DNA of 64,000 nt, from assembly GCA_965198115.1 (NCBI GenBank), contig OZ240241.1:5536001-5600000 (forward strand). The letters run 5' to 3'. The notes beneath the pieces are model-generated. The model worked only from the letters and a program-made list of their open reading frames with translations, was not told where the DNA came from and did not search any database. The stretch is from Candidatus Latescibacterota bacterium (lineage in GTDB: Bacteria > Latescibacterota > UBA2968). The position numbers and the translations under genes are program-made. Shown one piece after another: positions 20,570 to 30,033 of the stretch; the first letter of the stretch is position 1, and every line of letters begins with the position of its first letter.

Positions 20570-21985
20570 ATGCCCACCCACAAAACCGACATCCTCGTCG
20601 TGGGCGGTGGGCCCGGTGGCTATGCAGCCGCCTTCCGAGCCGCCGACCTCGGGTTCGACGTCACGATCGTCGACAACGACCAACGCCTCGGCGGCACGTG
20701 CCTCCTCCGTGGTTGCATCCCGTCGAAGGCCCTGCTCCACGTGGCCGCCGTCCTCGCGGAAACGCGGGAGGCGAAAGCGTTCGGTCTGACCTTCGGCAAA
20801 CCGAAGATCAACCTGGACGGCGTCCGGGGCTTCGCGAACGGCGTCATCGACAGACTCACCTCCGGATTGAGCGGCCTCGCCCGCCAGCGTAAGGTCACGC
20901 ATATCAAGGGCCGTGCCGAGTTCGGAAGCTCTCAACGCGTCAAAGTCCAGGGCAGCACCGAGTACGACGGCGTCGAATTCAGCTACGCCATCGTCGCCAC
21001 CGGATCGCGTCCGTCCCACCTGCCGATGTTCGACCTCGGATCGCACCGGATCATGGACAGCACGTCCGCCCTCGAGCTCGAAGAGATTCCCGACAACCTG
21101 CTCGTCGTGGGCGGCGGCTACATCGGTTTGGAACTCGGCACCGTCTACGCTGAACTCGGCAGCACCGTTTCCGTCGTCGAGATGACAGACGGCCTGCTGC
21201 CCGGCGCCGACCGCGACCTCGTGGCGCCCCTGCAAAAACGCCTTGGCTCTCTCTTCGACAGCATCATGCTCAAAACCGCCGTCCGGAAGGTCGTCCTGAA
21301 AGACGACAAGGTTCTCGTCACCCTCGATGCGGGGGGAACCGACGGCGTCAGCGAACAGCTCTACGATCGCCTCCTCGTCTCCATCGGCCGCACTCCGAAC
21401 AGCGACACCATCGGTCTCCGAAACACCGACGTGGAACGGGACGAGCGGGGCTTCATCATCACCGACGCGCAGCAACGCACGACGGACGACCGCATCCTCG
21501 CCATCGGTGACGTCGCCGGGGGTGGACTTGCCCACCGGGCGGCCCACGAAGGCAAGATCGCGGCCGAAGTCCTCGCCGGTCACTCCGCCGCGTTCGACAA
21601 GGTCGTCCCCGCCGTCGTCTTCACGGATCCCGAAATCGCCTGGGTCGGCCTGACGGAGACGGAAGCCACCGCCGCCAAGCGCTCCGTCGAGGTGGCCAAA
21701 TTCCCGTGGGCCGCCTCGGGTCGCGCCGCCACCCTCGGCCGGAACGACGGTCTGACCAAGCTGATCCTCGAACCCGGGACCGAACGCATCCTGGGCGTCG
21801 GCATCGTCGGATCGGGCGCCGGCGACCTCATCGCCGAAGGCACCCTCGCCATCGAAATGGCCGCCGTCGCCACCGACATCGCCGAAACGATTCATCCTCA
21901 CCCGACGTTATCGGAATCGGTCGGCATCGCCGCCGAAATCTTCACGGGCACGGGCACGGATCTCTACGTTCCCAAGAAGCGATAG
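20570..21985 (+). CDS. lpdA: Dihydrolipoamide dehydrogenase (E3)
   Basis: GGGPGGY, GGTCLLRGCIPSK, GGGYIGLE, HPHPTLSE. Confidence 0.96.
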   Translation: MPTHKTDILVVGGGPGGYAAAFRAADLGFDVTIVDNDQRLGGTCLLRGCIPSKALLHVAAVLAETREAKAFGLTFGKPKINLDGVRGFANGVIDRLTSGLSGLARQRKVTHIKGRAEFGSSQRVKVQGSTEYDGVEFSYAIVATGSRPSHLPMFDLGSHRIMDSTSALELEEIPDNLLVVGGGYIGLELGTVYAELGSTVSVVEMTDGLLPGADRDLVAPLQKRLGSLFDSIMLKTAVRKVVLKDDKVLVTLDAGGTDGVSEQLYDRLLVSIGRTPNSDTIGLRNTDVERDERGFIITDAQQRTTDDRILAIGDVAGGGLAHRAAHEGKIAAEVLAGHSAAFDKVVPAVVFTDPEIAWVGLTETEATAAKRSVEVAKFPWAASGRAATLGRNDGLTKLILEPGTERILGVGIVGSGAGDLIAEGTLAIEMAAVATDIAETIHPHPTLSESVGIAAEIFTGTGTDLYVPKKR

Positions 21986-22222
21986 GTCGTACGGGCGCAG
22001 CCGTCTCTCTGACTTCTGTCTTCTGCGCTGTCGTGGGGCGCGAACATTGGGCGAACCGCCGTTCGCCCCGGAGTTTATCCCGAGGCAAAGCCGAGGGGCC
22101 CACGGTCATTGCCACGCCTGTTCTCCCGCTCACCCCGTCTCCCGCTCGCCCAATGGGGTATTGTCCAGTGTAGAGACCGGTCCTAACGTTTGGGGAGTCG
22201 TGAATCGCAGGAGGGTTCCCAC

Positions 22223-24183
22223 GTGCGTGCCCTTATCGGAAAGAACATCTGCCGAGACCTCGACCAGGCGATGGTGCGGGAGTGGCTCGACACCAACGGC
22301 GGCGGCGGATACGCTTCCACGACCGTGGCTGGCACCAATACACGACGCTATCACGGTCTGCTAGTGGCCGCCCTCGATCCACCTGCCGAGCGCGTGGTCT
22401 ACCTCTCGTCGATCCAGGAAACAGCTTTCGTCGAGAACCAATCGCTCGAGCTCGGGTGCAACATCTATCAGGACGTGGTTCACCCCCGCGGCTATCGCTA
22501 CCTCGAGCACATCCAGCTCGAACCGTATCCCATCCTGACCTACCGGATCGAGGGCGTCTCTCTTGAGAAACACATCGTCATGCTCTCCGGCCGAAACGCC
22601 ACAGCCGTCTCCTACCGCGCGACCGAACCCATCGATCTGACACTCCGCCCTCTGCTCCCCCTGAGAGACTTCCATCACCTGACGCGCTACAACGGAGTGA
22701 TCGATGGCACGCCTGCGATCGAGGGCCATCGAACCTCGTTCACCCCTTACGACAGCCTGCCCGGCATCCATTTCGACCTGTCGGACGGCACGTTTCGACC
22801 CGATGCGTTCTGGTACTACAATTTCTCCTACCCGGTCGAGGCTTACAGGGGACTCGACAGCATCGAAGACCTCTACGCGCCGGGAGAGTGGCGCTGTCAC
22901 GTCACGCGCGATTCCCCCCTGACCTTCGTTGCGAGCGTCGGCGAGGCCGTATCTCCAGGCGAAGCTTTCGACCTGGCCGATCTGGAGCAGCGCGGTCGAC
23001 ACGAACGTTCGGAAAGCGTCACCACCGAGATCGATGACGGTTTCGAACGCGCCCTGAACGGAGCCGCAGACGCATTCGTCGTTCGCCGAGAGAGTGGGCT
23101 GTCGACGATCCTGGCCGGTTACCCCTGGTTCGGCGATTGGGGGCGTGACACGATGATCGCCCTGCCCGGTCTGACGCTCGTCACGGGACGACACGAAGAG
23201 GCGAAAGAGATCCTCACGACCTTCGCGCGTGCCTGCGATGGGGGCATGATCCCCAATCGCTTCCCCGATCACGGCGAGAGACCGGACTACAACAGCGTCG
23301 ACGCATCCCTCTAGTTCGTGCACGCCGTCGATCGATACCTGGCCTACACCGGCGACACCGAAGGGATCCGATCCGACATCTGGGACGTCGTGAAGTCTAT
23401 CGTGGGAGCCTATCACGAGGAGACGCGCTACAACATCCACGTGGATGACGACGGTCTGCTTTTCGCAGGGGAAGAAGGCGTGCAGCTGACCTGGATGGAT
23501 GCAAAAGTAGGCGATTGGGTCGTCACACCACGAAGCGGAAAGCCCGTCGAAATCAACGCGCTGTGGTACAACGCGGTCTCCGTCGCCCAGACGCTGGCCA
23601 AAGCGTACGACGACGCACCGTTCGCGAAGATGTGCGGTCAACTAAGAAAGAAATCGAGACGACCTTCTGGAATGACGAAACACAATGTTTATACGACTTC
23701 GTCGACGGCAATCGCAAGGACGGGGCGATCCGACCGAATCAGATCTTCGCGCTCAGCCTGCCGAACCGGATGTTAACACGCGATCGTGAACGGTCGATCC
23801 TGCAGGTCGTTCACGACCACCTCGTCACCCCCTACGGTCTGCGAAGTCTGTCCCGCGACCACCCGGACTACGCGGGCCATTACGGCGGGGACCCCCACGA
23901 GCGTGACGGCGCCTACCATCAGGGGGCAGTCTGGGGCTGGCTCATCGGTCCGTTCGTCACCGCCTGGGTGCGGCTCAACGGCGGCCCTGCCAAAGCTCGC
24001 AAGCGTGCCGGAGCCTTCCTCGGCGCGTTCGAGCACCACCTCCACGAAGCGGGTCTGGGCAACATCTCCGAAATCTTCGACGGGGATCCTCCGCACACGC
24101 CACGCGGATGCTATGCCCAGGCGTGGAGTGTGGCCGAAGTCCTACGAGCCTACGTGGAGGACATCCTCGGACGACGTCCCTGA
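22223..24183 (+). pseudogene. Amylo-alpha-1,6-glucosidase (glycogen debranching enzyme) with in-frame TAG (23312) and frameshift (~23650)
   Basis: EWLDTNGGGGYAS, TRRYHGLL, AGYPWFGDWGRDTMI, VDASL*F, LTWMDAK, GKPVEINALWY, RPNQI, YHQGAVW, QAWSVAE spread over three ORF segments. Confidence 0.82.
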
Positions 24184-24185
24184 GG

Positions 24186-25283
24186 TCAGGTCGTTCCGAA
24201 CGATTGCGCGTAACCGATCGCCGTCACGATCTCCTCGTCCGAAACATCGTCGTGCGACACCGCGTTACCAACGCCGTGCAGGAGCACGAAACGGATCACG
24301 CCGTCTCTCGTCTTCTTGTCGGCACGCATCAGCTTGAACAACTCGTCCGTCGACACGTCAGCCCAGCGTGCAATACCCAGCCTCCGGAACAGCGCATCCT
24401 GACGTCCGCAGGTCCGTTCGTCGAGCACCCCCTTGTCGACCGCGATCCTTCCGTTCGCGACCATCCCCGAAGCGACCGCTTGTCCGTGCTTGATCGTAAA
24501 GCCGGACGCGGCCTCGACCGCGTGCCCGATCGTGTGACCGTAGTTCAACATCTCCCGAAGTCCGCGATCGGTCTCGTCCGCCTCCACCACTCCGGCCTTG
24601 ATCTCACAATTACGCGCGACCAGCCACACAAGCTGATCCGCTTCGATCGTGCGATCCACGATCGCGTCGAGATGGTCCTCCAGAAAGGCGACCAGCTCCT
24701 CATCCCGGATCAGACCGTGCTTCACGACCTCCGCCATCCCCGCGAGGTATTCGTCATCCGGCAACGTCTTCAGCGTGTCCGTGTCGATATAGACGAGACT
24801 GGGCTGATGAAACGCGCCAATCATGTTCTTCCCGAGCGGATGGTCCACCGCCGTCTTCCCCCCGACGCTCGCATCGACCTGTGCCTCCAACGTCGTCGGC
24901 ACTTGAACGAACGGAATCCCCCGCATGAAACCTGCCGCCACGAACCCCCCCACGTCACCCACGACACCACCCCCCAGCGTCACCACGCACGAACCCCGAT
25001 CCAGTCCGGCCGCGATCAAATCGCCCCAAAGGCGCCCGGCCGTCTCGAGCGTCTTGTGGACCTCCCCGTCCGGCATGGTCACGACCGAAACGAAAAAACC
25101 GGCCGCGCTCAGACTGCGCTCGACCGGTTCGAGGTAAAAATCGGCGACCGTCGGGTTCGTGATGATGGCGACACGACGACCCAGTCCTCGTCCACGATAG
25201 GCGTCGCCGATACCCTCGAGGCAACCGTGCCCCACCTGAATCGGGTAGCTGCGGTCGCCAAGACCCACTTGAATCTCCGTCAC
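24186..25283 (-). CDS. aroB: 3-dehydroquinate synthase
   Basis: GGGVVGDVGGF, PTTLEAQVDASVGGKT, GKNMIGAFHQP, LNYGHTIGHA, HGQAV. Confidence 0.95.
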   Translation of the reverse strand: MTEIQVGLGDRSYPIQVGHGCLEGIGDAYRGRGLGRRVAIITNPTVADFYLEPVERSLSAAGFFVSVVTMPDGEVHKTLETAGRLWGDLIAAGLDRGSCVVTLGGGVVGDVGGFVAAGFMRGIPFVQVPTTLEAQVDASVGGKTAVDHPLGKNMIGAFHQPSLVYIDTDTLKTLPDDEYLAGMAEVVKHGLIRDEELVAFLEDHLDAIVDRTIEADQLVWLVARNCEIKAGVVEADETDRGLREMLNYGHTIGHAVEAASGFTIKHGQAVASGMVANGRIAVDKGVLDERTCGRQDALFRRLGIARWADVSTDELFKLMRADKKTRDGVIRFVLLHGVGNAVSHDDVSDEEIVTAIGYAQSFGTT

Positions 25284-26002
25284 CCGTCAGCCCCCTTCTG
25301 CTTGAGCAGCCCGATCGCTTCCGCCGCCGTCTCTTCGGGAGATCTCACGTCGTCCGACGTGACAAACAGGTCCGCGCGAGCGTAGTAGGGCTCCCGCTCT
25401 TCGAGCATCTGGGCGATCTTGGCCCTTCGCCCGGCATCGTCCAATCCCGCCAGCAGCGGCCGTTCCGATGCCTTGCGCGTCACCCGATCGAAGATCGTGT
25501 CGACCGATGCGCGGATGCACACGCTCACCCCCGAGGATTCGATGATACCCCAGTTCCGCTCCTGGGTCGCAGCCCCTCCGCCCAGCGCGATAACGGCGTC
25601 CGCCCTCTCCCCCGCCTGCCGGACACACGCGTGTTCGATGTCCCGAAAGGCCGCTTCACCATCGCCCTCGAAAATCTCGGGAATGGATTTCCCCGCCGTC
25701 TCGACGATCATGTCGTCCGTGTCGAGGTAGGCTCGCTCGCTCACGTGTGCGATCAGCGGCCCCACCTTACTCTTTCCCGACGCCATGAACCCCGTCAGGA
25801 AAACCGGCTTGCCCGAAACGACCTGACACGGCCCCTCCGCGAAACGCATCGCGCGCTTCTTTCGATAGCACGACTCGCAGTTCCACATAGGGGGCTTGAG
25901 CATCGCGTTGTAGCCTTCATCGAGGACGTCGCGGTGCAAGTGCTCGGTCTCGATGCCGCACGTATCGCATTGTAGCACGCGCTTATCGCTGGTTTCACTC
26001 AT
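25280..26002 (-). CDS. aroK: Shikimate kinase with N-terminal CxxC..CxxC extension
   Basis: LTGFMASGKSKVG, DTD, GEAAFR, LGGG, RPLL, REPYY; about 55 extra N-terminal residues. Confidence 0.88.
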   Translation of the reverse strand: MSETSDKRVLQCDTCGIETEHLHRDVLDEGYNAMLKPPMWNCESCYRKKRAMRFAEGPCQVVSGKPVFLTGFMASGKSKVGPLIAHVSERAYLDTDDMIVETAGKSIPEIFEGDGEAAFRDIEHACVRQAGERADAVIALGGGAATQERNWGIIESSGVSVCIRASVDTIFDRVTRKASERPLLAGLDDAGRRAKIAQMLEEREPYYARADLFVTSDDVRSPEETAAEAIGLLKQKGADG

Positions 26003-26068
26003 TTGTTTTCCGCGGGTTGGTGGGCGCTGTCGTCCGCCGCTTTCTTGCCTCTGACTTCTATCTTCTGT

Positions 26069-26195
26069 TCGCAGCCGGGAGGCTGCTCCCACCGTTGATT
26101 CGTTCGCTTCAGTGAGAGGGGCGAAGCCGTCTTTACCGCCCACCGCTCACAGCCGACCGCCGATCTGATTTTTCCCAGTCAGAGACTGTTCCCAC
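26069..26195 (-). repeat. Two GTGG-type REP-like hairpins
   Basis: Minus strand GTGGGAACAGTCTCTGACTGGGA (26195-26173) and GTGGGAGCAGCCTCCCGGCTGCGA (26092-26069). Confidence 0.55.
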
Positions 26196-26202
26196 AGCGA
26201 AC

Positions 26203-27906
26203 TCACATCTCATCCGGCGCCTGAATCCCGAGCAGCCCGAGGCCGTTCTTGAGAACGACCGTGATCGCGTAGACCAGCGTGATCCGTGAAGCGGTTAATG
26301 CTTCGTCATCGGAAACGACCCGGTGCGCATTGTAGAACCGGTTGGCTACCGTGCACAGGTCGATCAGGTAGCTCGCGATGTAGGAGGGCTCGTGTCCGTC
26401 GGCCGCTCGGCTGATGGCCGTCGGATACGCCGCCAATTGCTTGATCACTTCTGCCGTCTCGGGCTCGGTCAGCAAACCGAGGTTTGCTCCGGCAGGCGGC
26501 ACGTCCTCGGAGAACCTGCGCAGCACGGATCTGTAACGTGCGTGTGTGTACTGCACGTAAGGCCCTGTTTCCCCGTTGAAGTTCAGGATCTCGTCCCAAT
26601 CGAACTGGACGTCCTTGATCCGCCTCGAATCGACGTCGGCGAACAGGATAGCCCCGATCCCCACGGCCTCCGCGACCGCACCCTTGTTCTCGAGGTCCGG
26701 ATTCTTCTCTTCGATGATGTCACTGGCTAATTCAACGGCTCGATTCAGCACATCCTCCATCAGGACAATCTTGCCACGACGAGTCGACATCCCCCCGTCT
26801 TTAAACCGAAGGCGTCCAAACACCACGTGGGAGCAACGATCGCTCCACGCGTGTCCCATCAGTTCCAGCACCTTGAACAGCTGCCTGAAGTGCAGGGATT
26901 GCGCCACGTCGACTACATAAAGCATCTGGTCGAACGAATACTCCGACCAGCGATGTTCGGCCGCCGCGAGATCTCGCGTCGCGTAGAGCGAGGCCTCGTC
27001 GCTGCGATACGCCAGGAACGGTGGCATGTCCCACGCCTCCAGGTCCACGATCGTCGCTCCCTCGCTGATCTTCACGAGGCCCTTCTCCTTCAGCCGCTGG
27101 ACCGAGTCGTGCATCCGGTCGATGTGTGTGCTCTCGCCGGCCACCAGGTCGAATTCGATCCCCAGTCGATCGTAAACACGCTCGAACTCCTTCCAGCTGA
27201 TGTCACACGTCACTTGCCACATGCGACGTGCTTCCTCGTCTCCCGCCTCCAAACGGCGGAACCACGCACTCGCTTCTTCCTCCGCCTCCGGATTATCGTC
27301 GATCTCTTCGTTGATCCGGACGTAGAGGTCGAGAAGCGTGTGAATCGTGATATCCTCGGTCAGTTCACCCTCGCCCCACTTTTTCCAGGCCACGATCAGC
27401 TTCGCGAACTGTGACCCCCAATCGCCGAGATGATTGATGCCCACAACCCGATAACCGAGTGTGCTGAAGATGCGACGCAGTGCGCCGCCGATCACCGTCG
27501 AACGGAGATGATGGATGCCGAAGGGTTTGGCGATGTTCGGATGGGAAAAGTCGATGACGATGCTTTTGCCGGTACCTTCATCGCTTCGGCCGAAGTCATC
27601 GACCTGTTCGACGATCTGGCTCAGCGTATCACGTGCAAGATCATCTCGAGAAACGACGAAATTCAGGTAGGGTCCGGTCGGCCGAACCTCTGCGATGCGT
27701 CCACCGGTCTGAATGGACGATGCCAACTCCTCCGCGATCAGATTGGGGGCCTTCCGCATCGTCTTCGCGAATGAGAAGCAGGGAAGGGCGTAGTCCCCCA
27801 TCTCCGGGTTCGGCGGTGTTTCGATCAACCCGGCGAGGGCATCCCTATCCAGACCAGTCGGAGCGGTCAACTGATCGGCAATCTCATCGATATACGGATT
27901 CTGCAA
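26203..27906 (-). CDS. argS: Arginine--tRNA ligase
   Basis: DFSHPNIAKPFGIHHLRST (HIGH-like), NHLGDWG, MSTRRG, GETGPYVQYTHAR. Confidence 0.95.
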   Translation of the reverse strand: MQNPYIDEIADQLTAPTGLDRDALAGLIETPPNPEMGDYALPCFSFAKTMRKAPNLIAEELASSIQTGGRIAEVRPTGPYLNFVVSRDDLARDTLSQIVEQVDDFGRSDEGTGKSIVIDFSHPNIAKPFGIHHLRSTVIGGALRRIFSTLGYRVVGINHLGDWGSQFAKLIVAWKKWGEGELTEDITIHTLLDLYVRINEEIDDNPEAEEEASAWFRRLEAGDEEARRMWQVTCDISWKEFERVYDRLGIEFDLVAGESTHIDRMHDSVQRLKEKGLVKISEGATIVDLEAWDMPPFLAYRSDEASLYATRDLAAAEHRWSEYSFDQMLYVVDVAQSLHFRQLFKVLELMGHAWSDRCSHVVFGRLRFKDGGMSTRRGKIVLMEDVLNRAVELASDIIEEKNPDLENKGAVAEAVGIGAILFADVDSRRIKDVQFDWDEILNFNGETGPYVQYTHARYRSVLRRFSEDVPPAGANLGLLTEPETAEVIKQLAAYPTAISRAADGHEPSYIASYLIDLCTVANRFYNAHRVVSDDEALTASRITLVYAITVVLKNGLGLLGIQAPDEM

Positions 27907-27915
27907 GTGGAAACC

Positions 27916-28665
27916 TCACCGACATCCAACATAGATGGTGGCGATTCCGAACGACAGGGTCGTGCTGTCGACCTGAACGAAACCGACTGCCCGCATCCGA
28001 TCGCAGAACGCCTCTCCCTCCGGAAACCGCATCACCGACTCGCAGAGGTAACGGTAGGCGCTCTGATCCCTCGACACCAACCGCCCGATCGTCGGAAGAA
28101 CGTTCCGAAAATAGAACAGATACGGACCCCGCATCAGCGGGCTGTGCGGCTGCGAGAACTCCAGGATCGCCGCCCGGCCGCCGGGCTTGAGAACCCGGAT
28201 CATCTCCCCGAGCCCGGCATCGAGCTCGGCCACGTTGCGGATCCCGAAACCGATCGTCACACGGTCGAACGTCGCATCCTCGAACGGAAGCCGCTCCGCA
28301 TCTCCGGCGAGAAACGTCATCCGCGCCTCACGGTCCCGTCCCTTTCTCAGCCCGTAGTGAAGCATCCTCGTCGAGATGTCCGCGCCCGTCACTGCGATTC
28401 CGGCATCGCGATCAGCCGCCTCCAGACCGAGATCGCCCGTGCCGGTCGCCAGATCCAGAATCCGATCGCCCGCCTGGGGTCCCAGCGCATCGATCGTCTT
28501 CCGTCGCCAGACCACATCGGTCCCGGCGCTCAACAGCCGGTTGAGAACGTCGTAGGTCCCCGCGATCCCATCGAACATACGGCGTACGAAAACGCGTTTC
28601 TCATTCGGCGCGTCGAAGACTCTCGTCAGGATTGGCTCTTCTGGCGGTGTTTCGGTGGCGTTCAT
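27916..28665 (-). CDS. ubiE: UbiE/MenG quinone biosynthesis C-methyltransferase
   Basis: MFDGIAGTYDVLNRLLS, LDLATGTGD, DAERLPF, FGIRNV, RVLKPGG, AYRYLCES. Confidence 0.9.
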   Translation of the reverse strand: MNATETPPEEPILTRVFDAPNEKRVFVRRMFDGIAGTYDVLNRLLSAGTDVVWRRKTIDALGPQAGDRILDLATGTGDLGLEAADRDAGIAVTGADISTRMLHYGLRKGRDREARMTFLAGDAERLPFEDATFDRVTIGFGIRNVAELDAGLGEMIRVLKPGGRAAILEFSQPHSPLMRGPYLFYFRNVLPTIGRLVSRDQSAYRYLCESVMRFPEGEAFCDRMRAVGFVQVDSTTLSFGIATIYVGCR

Positions 28666-28680
28666 TGGTTGGTCGAGCGT

Positions 28681-28972
28681 GGCAGGCTCTGCCTGCCATC
28701 GGCAATTAAATGCGCTACGCTCGCCCCCGTGCTCTGCACGGGGGCACTACCGTTGCCCTATCGTGTGAGCTAAAACCTCAGTCCCCGTGCAGAGCACGGG
28801 GACAAGCGAGCGTAATGTAGTTTAACGTCCTCAGGCTGAGCCTGGGAACGAGGGAGGCGGACGCGAGAACGAGGGGTTGGGGCGGTCAGACGCACTTGGG
28901 AACGAGGCGTGGCCTCAACTCCGCCTTTCCTTTCGTTCTCCCATTCTGTGTGTTCGGTGTGTTCTGTGGTTC
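28681..28972. repeat. REP-like cluster with inverted pair of palindromes
   Basis: tacgctcgc-ccccgtgctctgcacgggg (28716-28744) is inverted relative to ccccgtgcagagcacggggacaagcgagcgta (28783-28814); also a ggcaggc/gcctgcc hairpin and tgggaacgagg twice. Confidence 0.7.
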
Positions 28973-28976
28973 CAAA

Positions 28977-29843
28977 CTACGATTGAAACCGTCCAACCAC
29001 GGCCTGCTTCATCACATCCGTAGGGGGAAAGGTGCCCGTCCAGATCTCGAACGACCGCGCACCCTGGAAGACCAGCATGTCGAGGCCGCCGTAGGCCTTC
29101 GCGCCGGCCGTCTCGAATTGCCCCATCAACGTCGTTTTCAACGGATTGAAAACCGTGTCGTAGAGGATGAGATCCGGATGGACGACTGTCGTGTCCACGA
29201 TGGGACTCCCATCGACCTCAGGATGCATCCCCAGCGACGTCGTGTTGACCACGAGCCCCGCGTCGACGAACGCGGCGCGCTGTTCTTCCACCTCCATCCC
29301 TCCGGGGTGAATGGCTTTCCCCGTGATCTTCTCCATATCCGCGGCCAGGGCTTCTGCTCGACGCGTCGTTCGATTGAGGAGCGTCACGCAGTCGACTTCG
29401 GCGCGAGACGCCAGCGCGTAGGTCACGGCTCGAGCGGCGCCCCCGGCCCCGAGCACGACGCAACGCGATGGGAGCGTCGACAGCCCGGCGACGCGTTCGA
29501 GTGCGGTCAAGACACCGAAGACATCCGTGTTGTGACCCGTCAGGTCGCCGTCTTCGTTGTGGATCGTGTTAACAGCTCCGACCGCGAGCGCTTCCTCCGA
29601 AATCCGATCGACGTGCTCCATCACCGCAAGCTTGTGCGGAATCGTCACATTCAGACCGAGCAAGTCGAAAGCGCGGACCCCGGCGACGGCCTCTCCGACG
29701 CGATCGGGAAGGACGTGGTAGGCCACGTAGCAGCAATCCAGCCCCAGGGCGTCGATCGCCGCGTTGTGCATGTCCGGCGAAAAGGAGTGCGCGATGGGAT
29801 CGCCGATCACACCCATCACACGACTGGTGGAACGAATCTTCAA
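28977..29843 (-). CDS. aroE: Shikimate dehydrogenase
   Basis: GDPIAHSFSPDMHN, GLNVTIPHK, GAVNT, NTD, GAGGAARA, GLDMLVFQGARSF. Confidence 0.95.
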   Translation of the reverse strand: MKIRSTSRVMGVIGDPIAHSFSPDMHNAAIDALGLDCCYVAYHVLPDRVGEAVAGVRAFDLLGLNVTIPHKLAVMEHVDRISEEALAVGAVNTIHNEDGDLTGHNTDVFGVLTALERVAGLSTLPSRCVVLGAGGAARAVTYALASRAEVDCVTLLNRTTRRAEALAADMEKITGKAIHPGGMEVEEQRAAFVDAGLVVNTTSLGMHPEVDGSPIVDTTVVHPDLILYDTVFNPLKTTLMGQFETAGAKAYGGLDMLVFQGARSFEIWTGTFPPTDVMKQAVVGRFQS

Positions 29844-29889
29844 AGTCAGCTATCTCGCTGGCCGTAGGGTGAGGTGCCCGTAACGATCC

Positions 29890-30030
29890 CTACCCCAGAA
29901 GATCTTCCACGAACTGATCGGCAATGTCGAAGCTCTCTGCCCAACTGCACCCGTAGACGTAGCGGATGAAGGCCACACCGCCGAGGATGCAGACGATCGT
30001 CATGAACGCCAGTTTGAACAGGATTCTCAT
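29890..30030 (-). CDS. Small (46 aa) predicted single-pass membrane protein, not in ORF track
   Basis: MRILFKLAFMTIVCILGGVAFIRYVYGCSWAESFDIADQFVEDLLG*; starts 4 nt after the aroA-like stop with AAGGA RBS; GC3-rich codons. Confidence 0.65.
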   Translation of the reverse strand: MRILFKLAFMTIVCILGGVAFIRYVYGCSWAESFDIADQFVEDLLG

Positions 30031-30033
30031 CGG

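Noticed and set aside
16341-21901. Long minus-strand ORFs (417, 296, 303, 529 aa) over the PDH operon
   Set aside because: Antisense shadows caused by GC3 bias. The same applies to similar ORFs over trpE, tyrS and the 50-60 kb cluster.
11794-23314. Genome-wide TAG-to-Trp (or pyrrolysine) recoding
   Set aside because: lpdA and aceE end at TAG at or near the expected C-termini, TGG is used normally, and no pyl genes are visible.
14609-28972. CRISPR array among the intergenic repeats
   Set aside because: No identical 25-45 nt repeats with regular unique spacers, and no cas genes.
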